Notes: generated by a model from the sequence alone, not told the origin. Shown: positions 1-9,385, counted from the stretch's first letter. The stretch: DNA of 33,590 nt from Candidatus Micrarchaeota archaeon (GCA_043810635.1 JBDRNY010000009.1:1-33590), one strand, 5' to 3'. Made by a program: numbers and translations.

Positions 1-115
1 AAAAAAACGGGAAAATTGAGATTTGAAATAACAGATATGTGAGGGGGAAACCAAACGCAAAAGAGTTTGAAAGCCCCCAACACCTATTTAATTAATCGCC
101 CCCTAAGCTCCAAAT

Positions 116-1669
116 ATGAGAAGAAGAAGGCGCGCAAAATTTTATCATCAGAAGCACTCCAAACACAAAAGCCACTCTGGATACAAAAGCCACCCTCAAT
201 ACAAACGCGGTTCAACAAAGACAGAACCAGTAGATCTCAAAGCTATTGCCAGAAAAGCAATGAAAAAATATGGATTTACGCTTGATTTCCCAAGAGAAGT
301 TATGAAAAAAGCAGAAAGATTAGACAATAGAATTGTAGAATCTAGAAAAAATAAAGTACAAGATTTAAGGCATCTTCTATGGTCATCCATAGACAATATA
401 GATACTGAAGACCTGGACCAGATAGAATACTGCGAGAAAAAAGGCGAAAATATACATATTAAAGTGGCAATTGCAGATGTAGACAGTTACGTGCCCAAAG
501 ATTCAATTTTAGACAAACACGCACAAAGAAATACCACTTCAGTATACACTGGAGTGCAAATCTACCCCATGTTCCCAGATAGATTATCAAAAGATCTCAC
601 ATCACTACCAGTAAACCAGGATAGGCTTGCAATGGTGACTGAATTCTCAGTTTTACCAAAAGGAGAAGTGATTCCGGGCAAAGTATACGAAGCAGTAGTA
701 AAAAACAAAGCCAAACTGGTTTATGAACAAGTAGGCAAATGGCTTGAGAATAAAGGTCCAATTCAAAAACAAATAAACACCAAAGAACTCAAAGCTCAAA
801 TAAAACTACAATACGAGGCTTCACAAAGATTAGGCAAATTCAGAGCAAAACAAGGAGCACTAGAACTACAAACTATGCAAACAAGGGCAATTGTGAAAAA
901 CGATAAAGTGCTCGGATTATACATAATAGAGGATGACCCAGCAAAAAGAATAATTGAAAATTTCATGATAGGTGCAAATGGAGTAATCTCTGGGATGCTT
1001 GAAAAAAGCAATAGGCCTACTATTCAGAGAGTAGTAAAAAAACCAAAATATTGGAAAGATATAGTTGCGCTTGCAGGGAAACATAAATTCAGGCTCCCGG
1101 GCATGCCAGATGCATCTGCATTATCTAAATTCCTAGATGCACAAAGAGAGAAAAGCCCAGAACTATTCTCAGACCTCTCACTTACAATTGTCAAACTCTT
1201 GGGCCCAGGCGAATATGTGCTCTATGATAAGAGAAAGCCCATAGGGCATTTCTGCATGGCAGTCACAAGCTATACTCACTCAACAGCACCTAATAGAAGA
1301 TATCCAGATCTAATAATTCAACGACTAGCAAAATCATTTTTAGATGGTACTCAAACGCCCTACAAGAAGCATGAACTGGTAGAGCTTGCTAATAGGTGCA
1401 CAGAACTTGAGCACGCGGCAAAGAGAGTGGAGCGCTTTGTAACAAAGGCAGAGGGTGCAGTACTTCTAAGAAAACACTTGGGAGAAGTCTTTGATGCCAT
1501 AGTCACGGGAGCCTCAAGAAAAGGCACATATGCAAGATTGACAGACCCTCCTGTGGAAGGAAAAATAATGGGTGATGCTCGGGGGATAAGAATAGGGCAG
1601 CAAATCAGGGTAAAACTCATTAATTTGGATCCTTACATGGGCTATATCGATTTTGCTCTGCAGAAATGA
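116..1669 (+). CDS. RNB-domain (RNase II/R family) 3'-5' exoribonuclease with C-terminal S1-like domain
   Basis: SIDNIDTEDLDQ catalytic-type motif, VAIADV, IENFMIGAN, YTHSTAPNRRYPDL; basic His-rich N-terminal tail. Confidence 0.92.
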   Translation: MRRRRRAKFYHQKHSKHKSHSGYKSHPQYKRGSTKTEPVDLKAIARKAMKKYGFTLDFPREVMKKAERLDNRIVESRKNKVQDLRHLLWSSIDNIDTEDLDQIEYCEKKGENIHIKVAIADVDSYVPKDSILDKHAQRNTTSVYTGVQIYPMFPDRLSKDLTSLPVNQDRLAMVTEFSVLPKGEVIPGKVYEAVVKNKAKLVYEQVGKWLENKGPIQKQINTKELKAQIKLQYEASQRLGKFRAKQGALELQTMQTRAIVKNDKVLGLYIIEDDPAKRIIENFMIGANGVISGMLEKSNRPTIQRVVKKPKYWKDIVALAGKHKFRLPGMPDASALSKFLDAQREKSPELFSDLSLTIVKLLGPGEYVLYDKRKPIGHFCMAVTSYTHSTAPNRRYPDLIIQRLAKSFLDGTQTPYKKHELVELANRCTELEHAAKRVERFVTKAEGAVLLRKHLGEVFDAIVTGASRKGTYARLTDPPVEGKIMGDARGIRIGQQIRVKLINLDPYMGYIDFALQK

Positions 1670-1916
1670 AAAGAGTTATTTATTGAATTTAATATGAAAC
1701 ATTAGATGGAAATCCAGATGCATCACTATATTTTGCGCTCCCGATGGGAATGGTAAACAATCTTTTAAGAAAAATTTCATATAAATATGAAAATACCCCA
1801 GAAAGGAAAGAAGATGAAATATTGCAATTTGTATAGGCACGGGAATAGTTGGTTTGAATGTTGTGCAGGATTGGTTTGCTTGTGAAAGGGCAAGTTTCCG
1901 GCGGAATTTCTAATAC

Positions 1917-2276
1917 TTATTTTCTCTTGCGGTCTTTTTTATACCCCATCAACTTGTCATAATCTGAATGGCTCTTAATATCCAAAACAAATGCAATTAT
2001 TTCAATTTGGCTGTCATGGCGGAGGGTATAAAGCATTCTCCAACGATTTGCTAAACTCACCCAGAAAAGGTTGTTAATGCTATATTTAATAACATATTTT
2101 CGAGGTATAAGCTTTTTGGCAATCGGCTCTCCGTACTGCGGATTGGCTTTGATTAGCCCTTTTTTCTGTTCAATTGATTTAAGGATTGAGCGCTCTATTT
2201 TTGATGCAGGCGCGCGTGAATTGAGCTCTTTGTAAGCTTCTTCAGCTTCATCAGACAAAATCACGCGAACATTCAT
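1917..2276 (-). CDS. RelE/ParE-like type II toxin
   Basis: 119 aa basic protein, N-terminal VILSDEA, WRMLYTL, C-terminal H-x-x-YDK; overlaps the stop of the upstream small gene by 4 nt. Confidence 0.65.
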   Translation of the reverse strand: MNVRVILSDEAEEAYKELNSRAPASKIERSILKSIEQKKGLIKANPQYGEPIAKKLIPRKYVIKYSINNLFWVSLANRWRMLYTLRHDSQIEIIAFVLDIKSHSDYDKLMGYKKDRKRK

Positions 2277-2548
2277 ATTTCAAGGCCCCTCTCAACAGCT
2301 TTCTTAAGAGCCGGATTTGAATTCTCTATCCAGGTGATTCCGCGCACCCCTACAAAAATTTTATTGCTTTTCTGCAAGTAATCAAGAATCACCATCAAAG
2401 TATTATGATTAACCTGCTTTGGGAGTTTTTTCTTAATATCTGCAACAGAGAAAACGCTTTCATCCATTTCCTGAAGTGTTTTCTCTACCATTAATACAGT
2501 ATTAAGAGTTGGCGAATGAGCCATTTTTTGAGTTTGAGTTCCTTTCAT
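2273..2548 (-). CDS. winged-HTH putative antitoxin (91 aa, MKGTQTQK...)
   Basis: ATG at 2548 with GGTGA RBS upstream; SPTLNTVLMVE...ILDYL...GITWI winged-helix-like pattern; coupled to the toxin. Confidence 0.65.
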   Translation of the reverse strand: MKGTQTQKMAHSPTLNTVLMVEKTLQEMDESVFSVADIKKKLPKQVNHNTLMVILDYLQKSNKIFVGVRGITWIENSNPALKKAVERGLEI

Positions 2549-2569
2549 ATTTATCACCAATTGATACTT

Positions 2570-2581
2570 ATTGATATCAAT
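2570..2581. promoter_or_regulatory. palindrome ATTGATATCAAT, putative TA autoregulatory operator
   Basis: perfect 12-bp palindrome just upstream of the antitoxin start; related TTGATA half-sites at 2561 and 2611. Confidence 0.4.
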
Positions 2582-2726
2582 TAGGTAGACATAAGTATAA
2601 ATAACTATGCTTGATATTAACACCGAAAAATAATGATGCAAAAAACTGTTTTTAAGCTTTTGAGAGGGCAAGTTTCCACTGGATTTCGGGTGAGAAGGGA
2701 GGAAATTGGAAATTTAGCCGCCAATT

Positions 2727-3080
2727 CTATCTTTTCCCTTTTATCAATCCAATTGTTTTTGCAACAGCCTGGTTAAGGGTTTCATTTTTCAATATGCCCA
2801 GCTTTTTTACTAATGATTTTTTTGAATATCTGGCTATAATATCATACCTTATTGCAGACTGTTCAGCCAGAAAGCATTTGGCAAAATCTTTCTTAGAATC
2901 AAGTGACAGGGCATATTCATGATTTAAATTTGTAGTAAGATGCAAACAAATAACCTCTTCATTCTTTGAATTGAAGTCTAAATTCGAAATTATTACTGCA
3001 GGTCGTGCCTTAATTTCGCTCTCTGCAGTGTCTTTAGCCCATCTCGCCAGCCAAACATCCCCGCGCACAAAAACTTGCAT
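2727..3080 (-). CDS. PemK/MazF family endoribonuclease toxin
   Basis: RGDVWLA...K-x-RPAVIISN...FN, LTT, S-x-I-x-x-D-x-I, LG-x-L signature. Confidence 0.88.
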   Translation of the reverse strand: MQVFVRGDVWLARWAKDTAESEIKARPAVIISNLDFNSKNEEVICLHLTTNLNHEYALSLDSKKDFAKCFLAEQSAIRYDIIARYSKKSLVKKLGILKNETLNQAVAKTIGLIKGKR

Positions 3081-3084
3081 TTAA

Positions 3085-3327
3085 TCACTCTAAATATTTA
3101 TTCCATACTTTGTCTTCCTCAGGATCTTCCCAATAATCCCTGTTGGCATTTGCCATTATAAATTTAGAAATGTCTTTCTCCTCTTTTTCTGCTTCTTGTT
3201 TTTCTTCTTCCCTTAGTTTATTGAGTCCCATGCGCACCACTTCTGCTTTGGAGGCTGCCCTGCCTTTTTTGATATAATTATTTACCAATTTTTCCAAATC
3301 TCCCATCAATTTTAAGCATACTTCCAT
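3085..3327 (-). CDS. ribbon-helix-helix antitoxin (80 aa, MEVCLKL...)
   Basis: ATG at 3327 after GGGTG; G-x-x-x-SKAEVVR-x-GL RHH pattern and acidic W-x-x-x-EED-x-x-W tail typical of archaeal MazF partners. Confidence 0.75.
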   Translation of the reverse strand: MEVCLKLMGDLEKLVNNYIKKGRAASKAEVVRMGLNKLREEEKQEAEKEEKDISKFIMANANRDYWEDPEEDKVWNKYLE

Positions 3328-3439
3328 ATTAAACACCCATCCAATATGTATTGAATAGGTATATAAGCCTTTTGAAATGCATTTTCTCACAATAAACTAA
3401 CTGGAAGGGCATTTTTAAACAAAAGGAAGGGGTAAGTTT

Positions 3440-3541
3440 CCACTGGATTATGTGGATATTGGGCCTCCAAGCTATAATAATTATAAATATTACACTATTT
3501 TGAAGGAAGCCGGGGCAAAGCATTCAAATGAATTAAAATAG
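3440..3541 (+). pseudogene. relic copy of the last 33 codons and stop of the ankyrin-like gene (8947-9048)
   Basis: about 97/102 nt identity to 8947-9048; PLDYVDIGPPSYNNYKYYTILKEAGAKHSNELK*; no in-frame start nearby. Confidence 0.85.
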
Positions 3542-3546
3542 ATTAA

Positions 3547-3581
3547 ATGCCCTCAAAAATTGGAGAAAATTGGAAATTTAG
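3547..3581 (+). repeat. intergenic boundary motif copy
   Basis: ATGCCCTCAAAAATTGGAGAAAATTGGAAATTTAG; related copies at 5394, 9054, 9469, 10231, partial copy at about 2695. Confidence 0.7.
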
Positions 3582-3672
3582 GACCGATAATCTTTTGGGC
3601 ATGAAAAAATCAAACTTTGGGCCTTTGAGGCGGATGCCCAACCTTTTTAAAAAATACATGGCTTAGTCCTGC

Positions 3673-5385
3673 GTGGATTCTTTTGGAGAGATAACCCTGC
3701 TTGTTGCGCTGGCAGCAATTTTGGGAATAATTGCAAAAGCGCTGAAACAGCCGTTAATAGTGGCATATATTGCATGCGGGATATTGGCGGGCCCCTTTTT
3801 GTTTGATATGATTTCCTCTACAGAAACATTGTCCTTATTTTCGCATATAGGAATTTCTTTGCTTCTTTTTATTGTGGGCCTGGGGCTTAGCCCCCATGTC
3901 ATACGCGAAGTGGGAAAAGCCTCCCTGATAACCGGAATCGGGCAGATATTATTTACAGCAATAATCGGTTTTGGCATTTGCACAATGTTGGGATTCACAT
4001 TTATAGAATCGCTTTATTTGAGCATAGCCATCACATTCAGCAGCACGATTATAATCATGAAATTATTATCCGACAGGGGGGACACCGAAACGCTGTATGG
4101 AAAAATTTCAATGGGCTTTTTGATAATTCAGGACATAGTTGTGATATTTATTCTCATCTTTGTATCTGCAATGCAGAGTGCGGAGGGAGTGGAATCATTT
4201 TTTGTGCAGTCCGCGGCAAACGGAATAATGCTTCTTGCTGCAGTATATTTGATAGCAAGATATGTGTTCCCAAAAATTTCAGGCACAATCGCAAGAAGCC
4301 AGGAAAATTTGGTGGCATTCTCGGTTGCATGGTGCCTTGTAGCCGCATTTGTATTTCATCATTTTGGCTTTTCCATGGAAATAGGGGCATTGCTTGCGGG
4401 AGTGGCCCTCTCAAGCTCTGTTTACAGGCTTGAAATCATGTCAAGAATGAGGGCGCTCAGGGACTTTTTCCTTATCCTTTTCTTTGTGCTTTTGGGGGCG
4501 CAAATGCAGTTTGCAGATGTTTCATCAAAAGCCTTTGAAATAGTGGTGCTCTCCCTCTTTATCCTTGTCGGCAACCCGCTTATTGTTTTTTTAATAATGA
4601 TGTATTTGGGGCATACGGCAAGAAACGGATTTATGGCGGGGCTCACGGTTGCGCAAATCAGCGAGTTTTCCATAATACTTATGGCATTGGGAATTAGAGT
4701 CGGGCATCTTAATCAGGAGCTTCTGTCGGTTATTACTTTGGTGGGCATAATTACAATCACCGGTTCTGTATACATGATTTTATACTCAGACAGAATTTAC
4801 TCCCGGCTGTCCGGAGTTTTGGAAAGGTTTCAGAAAAGGGACCATCCAAAATTAGCAACAAGAAAAAACGCTAAAATTGACATCATACTATTCGGGCATA
4901 ACCGCATAGGCTATGATATTGTGGATTCTTTGTCAAAAAGAACATCAAACTTTATGGTTGTAGACCATAACCCCCAGGCAATAGGGGAGCTGAGGGAGGC
5001 AAAAATAAATTATGCATATGGAGACGCCTCGGATATGGATTTTGTGGGTGAGCTTCCGCTAAAGAAAGCGCGGCTGTTTATTTCCACAATACCTGATTTT
5101 GAAACGAACGCAACGCTTGTCAGTCAGATAAAAAAGGCAAACAAAAAGGCAATAATTTTTGTGGTATCCCACGATATAAAAGAGGCGCTAAGGCTCTATA
5201 ACCAGGGCGCAAGCTATGTAGTTCTTCCGCATTTTCTTGGAGGAAGGCATCTGGCATATATGCTAAAAAGATTTTATTCAGGCACCCTCAATAATAAAAA
5301 GGAAATAAAGAAGCATGTGCATCATCTCGAAAGAAAATTGGCAAGCGAGCATAAGCATCCGGCATATAACCGGAAGCACAGATGA
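3673..5385 (+). CDS. CPA2/Kef-type cation:proton antiporter with C-terminal TrkA-N (RCK) domain
   Basis: many TM segments, FSSTIII, QISEFS, GHNRIG, YGDA; GTG start about 28 nt after a TTTTTAAA box. Confidence 0.92.
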   Translation: MDSFGEITLLVALAAILGIIAKALKQPLIVAYIACGILAGPFLFDMISSTETLSLFSHIGISLLLFIVGLGLSPHVIREVGKASLITGIGQILFTAIIGFGICTMLGFTFIESLYLSIAITFSSTIIIMKLLSDRGDTETLYGKISMGFLIIQDIVVIFILIFVSAMQSAEGVESFFVQSAANGIMLLAAVYLIARYVFPKISGTIARSQENLVAFSVAWCLVAAFVFHHFGFSMEIGALLAGVALSSSVYRLEIMSRMRALRDFFLILFFVLLGAQMQFADVSSKAFEIVVLSLFILVGNPLIVFLIMMYLGHTARNGFMAGLTVAQISEFSIILMALGIRVGHLNQELLSVITLVGIITITGSVYMILYSDRIYSRLSGVLERFQKRDHPKLATRKNAKIDIILFGHNRIGYDIVDSLSKRTSNFMVVDHNPQAIGELREAKINYAYGDASDMDFVGELPLKKARLFISTIPDFETNATLVSQIKKANKKAIIFVVSHDIKEALRLYNQGASYVVLPHFLGGRHLAYMLKRFYSGTLNNKKEIKKHVHHLERKLASEHKHPAYNRKHR

Positions 5386-5393
5386 TGGAATTT

Positions 5394-5440
5394 ATGCCTG
5401 AAAAAGGGAAAAAATTGCAAATTTAGCAGGTTTTTCTAAA
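5394..5440 (+). repeat. intergenic boundary motif copy
   Basis: ATGCCTGAAAAAGGGAAAAAATTGCAAATTTAG followed by CAGGTTTTTCTAAA (tail shared with the 10231 copy). Confidence 0.75.
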
Positions 5441-5511
5441 AGTTATCTTTATTTTGGCACCTGATTCTTATCCTTTTATTTTTGCCTAATGCTTGAAGCT
5501 TGATTGCAAGG

Positions 5512-8082
5512 TCAGCGCCAATCCTTGCTGTCATACCATCGCTCACCACTGCGCTCCAAAAGGTTTTCAGATATTGTCTTCACTAGCTCTTCGAAACTTA
5601 TATTTTTGTTGGCATATGCTTCAACGACAGGCATGACTTTTCGAACAAAAACTGTTCCAAATGCTTGGGCTGTGCCTTCTTCAAAGTGCTCGGCCAGCTG
5701 GGAGAAGATTGATAGGTTTTTTACAAAAAATCCGGCAGTTTTTTCATCTCGCTGGATTTCATAAAATGCATAGTGCGCAGACTTGCCTGCAGCATCTGAG
5801 ATTTTTGCAAGATGATTCACTATTTCAGTCGGATTTCTGAAAAATTCGGCATGGATTAGTGGAGTTTCAAGGGCAAAAAACGCATTATCGCTATAGCTCC
5901 CGCCCTCTTTTGAAAGGGTGTTGAAATGGCTGATGATAAACTGGGGGTCAGACCTGCATTTAGCAAGTATTTTTTCTTCGGAAATGGCATTGAACAGGTA
6001 GAATCCGTCACCTTCAGCCTCATCAGCCAATGCTTCAAAAATCTTTATTACCTGATCAGGATCTTTGCAAAACCATTTGGCAACAGAGTCTTTTGCCAGC
6101 GCTTTGAATGCCTGACCTGAAACTCCGTCAGTTGCATCTTTAAACTGATCAAACCGCTCAATAACTGATTGGGGGTCACTGAGAAACATTTTTGAGATGT
6201 CGTCCTGGTCAAGAGCGCTCATGCCGAAATAGGCGTCGCCTTTAATCACTCGCAGAATTTTGATAAACTCATACGGCTTCTGGACATATAAAGAAGAGCA
6301 CATTCCCGAACCGAGCATGCGTTCGATAGTATACTCATAAGTCCGTCCTGCTGCGTCATAACTGCCCATGAATGGCCTGTACTTATCGCTTATTTCAGCA
6401 ATTTCCACCATGGTCTTTACTGCTTCATCGGTTTTATTGATAAAGAATTCAGAGATTTTGCCACTGGTCAGCAAGTCAAGCATTAGCAGTTCGTCATCAC
6501 AAGCCTCAGCCAGTTTCACGAATTTTTCAGGATATTGCACAAACAAGTTCTGAAGATTGCCGCCCCTTCGGTATGCGTTCGAACTGATGGAATAGAAGAT
6601 AAGGCTTGATGATCCGTTCTTTCTTATGTTGCACATGCAGTTGATCAGGCGCTCGGGTTCTTTCTCAAAGAAGCTGGCTATAATATCCAGCTTGAGCAAC
6701 ATGAGTTCAGAAGTCATTTCCTCGTGGTATTTTTCATGAAGTGGATCCATCCACCGATATATAGCCCCTGCTTCATATAGCTGCTTGTATTTTTGGACAA
6801 TAAAATTTGGGTCCTTTTCAAACATCCTGCAGATGATAGGATTGGTGAGAGTTTCGAAGACAAGGTCAACATTCAGATAATGGGTATTTAGCGCCAGTTG
6901 GACAAATTCGGAGGTGTGTTTTAAGAAAAGTTCCCCGATTTTTGGATGCTTGAATACTGCTGCAACCTCATCCATTTCGCCCTTGCTGCAGTAAAGAATC
7001 TTTGAAAATGCGCTTGGGTTCGCAAAATAGAGCTTTCGGACACTTTCGTCTTTTAGTTCTTTGAATACTTTTTCAGGCTCATATGTTCTGAGGGCTATAA
7101 GCTCAAAGGCTTCCGAATCTTGCTCATACATGTCTGCAACGCCCCCGACAGAAAGGGCCTTGAATACACGCAAAACTTTTTCTCGGTGCTCTTCGGCCAT
7201 TGATATAAATAAAGAGGGGTTTTTGACAAAGAGCTTGGCTACATCATCTTTTGAGAGCGCATAGAATGCATACGCGCTTGAATGCCTATCCTCGCTGACG
7301 TCTTCTGCTAGAGTACAGAAAAGGTCAGCCACAAGCTGCGGAGAGCGCGCATAAAATTCATTTATGTCTTTTTGCAGGAGGGCATAAAATGCATAGTCGG
7401 CGTATTCTGTTGCATCGGCTATTTTTGCGAATAATTCAGGATTGATGACAAACAATTTGGCGACCGAATCTTGTGAAAGCTGGTATGCAGTCGAATATGA
7501 TCTTTTTCCGGTCTCATTAATTATATCCAAAAAAGAATCCATAAGCCGGCTTTCATTATTCATAAGATAATCTGAAATATCTTTTTGGGCGAGAGCTTTG
7601 AACTCATTGCTTGAGCCGCCTTCAGTTTCTTCTGCGATTTGAACAAAAAGATAAGGCTTTTTTGCAAATAGCTGTGCCACATTTTCTTCTCCGAGGCTTT
7701 TTAGAGTGTGAGATGCATATTCTTTATCTGCATCTATTATGTCCTTAATATATTGAATTGTTTTTTCAGGCTCTTTTTCAAACATGACCTTAATATCCTT
7801 CTGATTAAGCACATCCATCACAAGGTCGGAATATTTCCATGTTTTGATTTCTTCCATATATAAATTAATTTTTGCCTTGTTTTCCTGCAAAACTGGAATG
7901 CTGAAATCGATTTTCGGTTCAATTTTGCCACCGGCAACCAGCTTTTGGGCTGACGGGCCAAACAAAATGGCTGTAGAAATTGCTGAAAGAAGGAGAGACT
8001 TATGAAAGAACTTTATTTTCGCTTTGTTTGAGGTATTAGTTGAAAAAGAAGCAGGCTTTTCAAGAAGAATATTCTCATTCAT
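5512..8082 (-). CDS. large alpha-helical repeat protein with an N-terminal hydrophobic segment (unknown function)
   Basis: start MNENILLEK after GAGGTG RBS; recurring AF-x-AL...VAKLF-x-K-x-P-x-LF-x-x-IA units of about 35-40 aa. Confidence 0.8.
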   Translation of the reverse strand: MNENILLEKPASFSTNTSNKAKIKFFHKSLLLSAISTAILFGPSAQKLVAGGKIEPKIDFSIPVLQENKAKINLYMEEIKTWKYSDLVMDVLNQKDIKVMFEKEPEKTIQYIKDIIDADKEYASHTLKSLGEENVAQLFAKKPYLFVQIAEETEGGSSNEFKALAQKDISDYLMNNESRLMDSFLDIINETGKRSYSTAYQLSQDSVAKLFVINPELFAKIADATEYADYAFYALLQKDINEFYARSPQLVADLFCTLAEDVSEDRHSSAYAFYALSKDDVAKLFVKNPSLFISMAEEHREKVLRVFKALSVGGVADMYEQDSEAFELIALRTYEPEKVFKELKDESVRKLYFANPSAFSKILYCSKGEMDEVAAVFKHPKIGELFLKHTSEFVQLALNTHYLNVDLVFETLTNPIICRMFEKDPNFIVQKYKQLYEAGAIYRWMDPLHEKYHEEMTSELMLLKLDIIASFFEKEPERLINCMCNIRKNGSSSLIFYSISSNAYRRGGNLQNLFVQYPEKFVKLAEACDDELLMLDLLTSGKISEFFINKTDEAVKTMVEIAEISDKYRPFMGSYDAAGRTYEYTIERMLGSGMCSSLYVQKPYEFIKILRVIKGDAYFGMSALDQDDISKMFLSDPQSVIERFDQFKDATDGVSGQAFKALAKDSVAKWFCKDPDQVIKIFEALADEAEGDGFYLFNAISEEKILAKCRSDPQFIISHFNTLSKEGGSYSDNAFFALETPLIHAEFFRNPTEIVNHLAKISDAAGKSAHYAFYEIQRDEKTAGFFVKNLSIFSQLAEHFEEGTAQAFGTVFVRKVMPVVEAYANKNISFEELVKTISENLLERSGERWYDSKDWR

Positions 8083-8268
8083 AATCAAACACCTCATTTA
8101 GATTTTATTTAAAGGATTTTGGATAGGTATATTTCGCTGAATTTGCATATCTCCCGCACCTCTTTGTTATAGAAATAATAAGAGTGTGAAAACTAATAAA
8201 CCTATTTCAGGCGGGGTTGCTTGAATAGGCTTAAAAGTTTGTGTGGGGAATTATAATTAGGTGGGAGA

Positions 8269-9048
8269 ATGAAGGCAAAAACTGTGCAAAAAGACGGGTT
8301 GACAATAACAAAAAATGCTTTTTCTATTATAAAACAGCTTAGGTTAAGGGAAATCAGGTTTTGCAAAGCAAAAAATTTGAGAATGCATGAAATGGGCGAG
8401 CGGGCTTATTATCAAAAGCTTTGTGATTTTGCTGAGGAAAATTGGGATACAGAGAAGATAGTAAAATATGGGGGGAATGCAAAACTTGCTGAACTTATTG
8501 GCAAAAAATTGTCTGCCGCGTGTAAAAATGATGATTTGGAAAGCATTAGAGGCATTATTGATAATGTTGATCTTTTTACTCCTTATAAATACACAAAAAA
8601 CCTGTTTAACCTTATTTGGACCGACTTTCCAATAAAAATAATTGATTATCTTTTTCAAAAAAAGAAAATAAGCTTAGGTTATAGAATTGGAAAAAATAAT
8701 GTAACCATATTTCATGGAATTGCCCTTAAATATCAGGAAAAAACAGTGGGGACAAACATGATGCCTCAAGAAACAAAAGATTATGCAAAAAAGCTTACAA
8801 AAACAGTGGGGGCGAAATTTTTGAATAAGTTGGATTCTGAAGGAAAAACTGCGCTTGATTATGCCGGAAGCCTCAGAAGCCATAAACAGATGGATGTTGG
8901 AAGGCTTATTGCAGATAATCCAATGTCTGATATAGATACTTATGACCCACTGGATTTTGTGAGTATTGGGCCTCCAAGCTATAATAATTATGAATATTAC
9001 ACTATTTTGAAGGAAGCCGGGGCAAAACATTCAAATGAATTAAAATAG
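8269..9048 (+). CDS. ankyrin-repeat-like protein
   Basis: AGGTGG RBS; NNVTIFH, LNKLDSEGKTALDYA and terminal ILKEAGAK ankyrin-type motifs. Confidence 0.7.
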   Translation: MKAKTVQKDGLTITKNAFSIIKQLRLREIRFCKAKNLRMHEMGERAYYQKLCDFAEENWDTEKIVKYGGNAKLAELIGKKLSAACKNDDLESIRGIIDNVDLFTPYKYTKNLFNLIWTDFPIKIIDYLFQKKKISLGYRIGKNNVTIFHGIALKYQEKTVGTNMMPQETKDYAKKLTKTVGAKFLNKLDSEGKTALDYAGSLRSHKQMDVGRLIADNPMSDIDTYDPLDFVSIGPPSYNNYEYYTILKEAGAKHSNELK

Positions 9049-9053
9049 ATTAA

Positions 9054-9086
9054 ATGCCTCAAAAAGGGAAAAAATTGGAAATTTAA
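9054..9086 (+). repeat. intergenic boundary motif copy
   Basis: ATGCCTCAAAAAGGGAAAAAATTGGAAATTTAA, 30/33 identical to the 5394 copy. Confidence 0.75.
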
Positions 9087-9229
9087 CTCATATAAAGTTG
9101 CCAAAAATCGCATATTCTGATAAAATCAAGCTATAGAATGTTTTTTGAATGTCTCTAATCATATATTATACAACCAGATTAAATCTATTTCAATGGATTT
9201 AGTTTAGGCAGTTTAATGGAGAGAATATT

Positions 9230-9385
9230 ATGAATGACAACCGAGATAGACGTGGCGGTTTTGACCGCGAAATGCACAATGCAATTTGTGCTGATTGCAA
9301 GAAGGAGACGCAAGTCCCTTTCAAGCCATCAGAAGACAGACCTGTATACTGCAGAGATTGTTACCAAAAACACAAGAAATACTAA
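9230..9385 (+). CDS. CxxC-x17-CxxC zinc-finger small protein (51 aa; absent from the ORF track)
   Basis: MNDNRDRRGGFDREMHNAICADCKKETQVPFKPSEDRPVYCRDCYQKHKKY; VPFKP..RPVYCRDC signature; GGAG RBS. Confidence 0.92.
   Translation: MNDNRDRRGGFDREMHNAICADCKKETQVPFKPSEDRPVYCRDCYQKHKKY

Noticed and set aside
1693..1885. Short open frames after the RNB gene (YETLDGNPDASLYF...; MKIPQKGKKMKYC...)
   Set aside because: No clear RBS or recognisable family. This may be a gene relic but I cannot support it as a feature.
3329..3523. 64-aa minus-strand ORF similar to the 8674-9030 minus-strand ORF
   Set aside because: Both are antisense readings of the duplicated ankyrin 3' end, so the similarity is explained by the DNA repeat.
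8200..8230. Hairpin CCTATTTCAGGC/GCTTGAATAGG between divergent genes
   Set aside because: Single imperfect inverted repeat with no second copy or supporting context.
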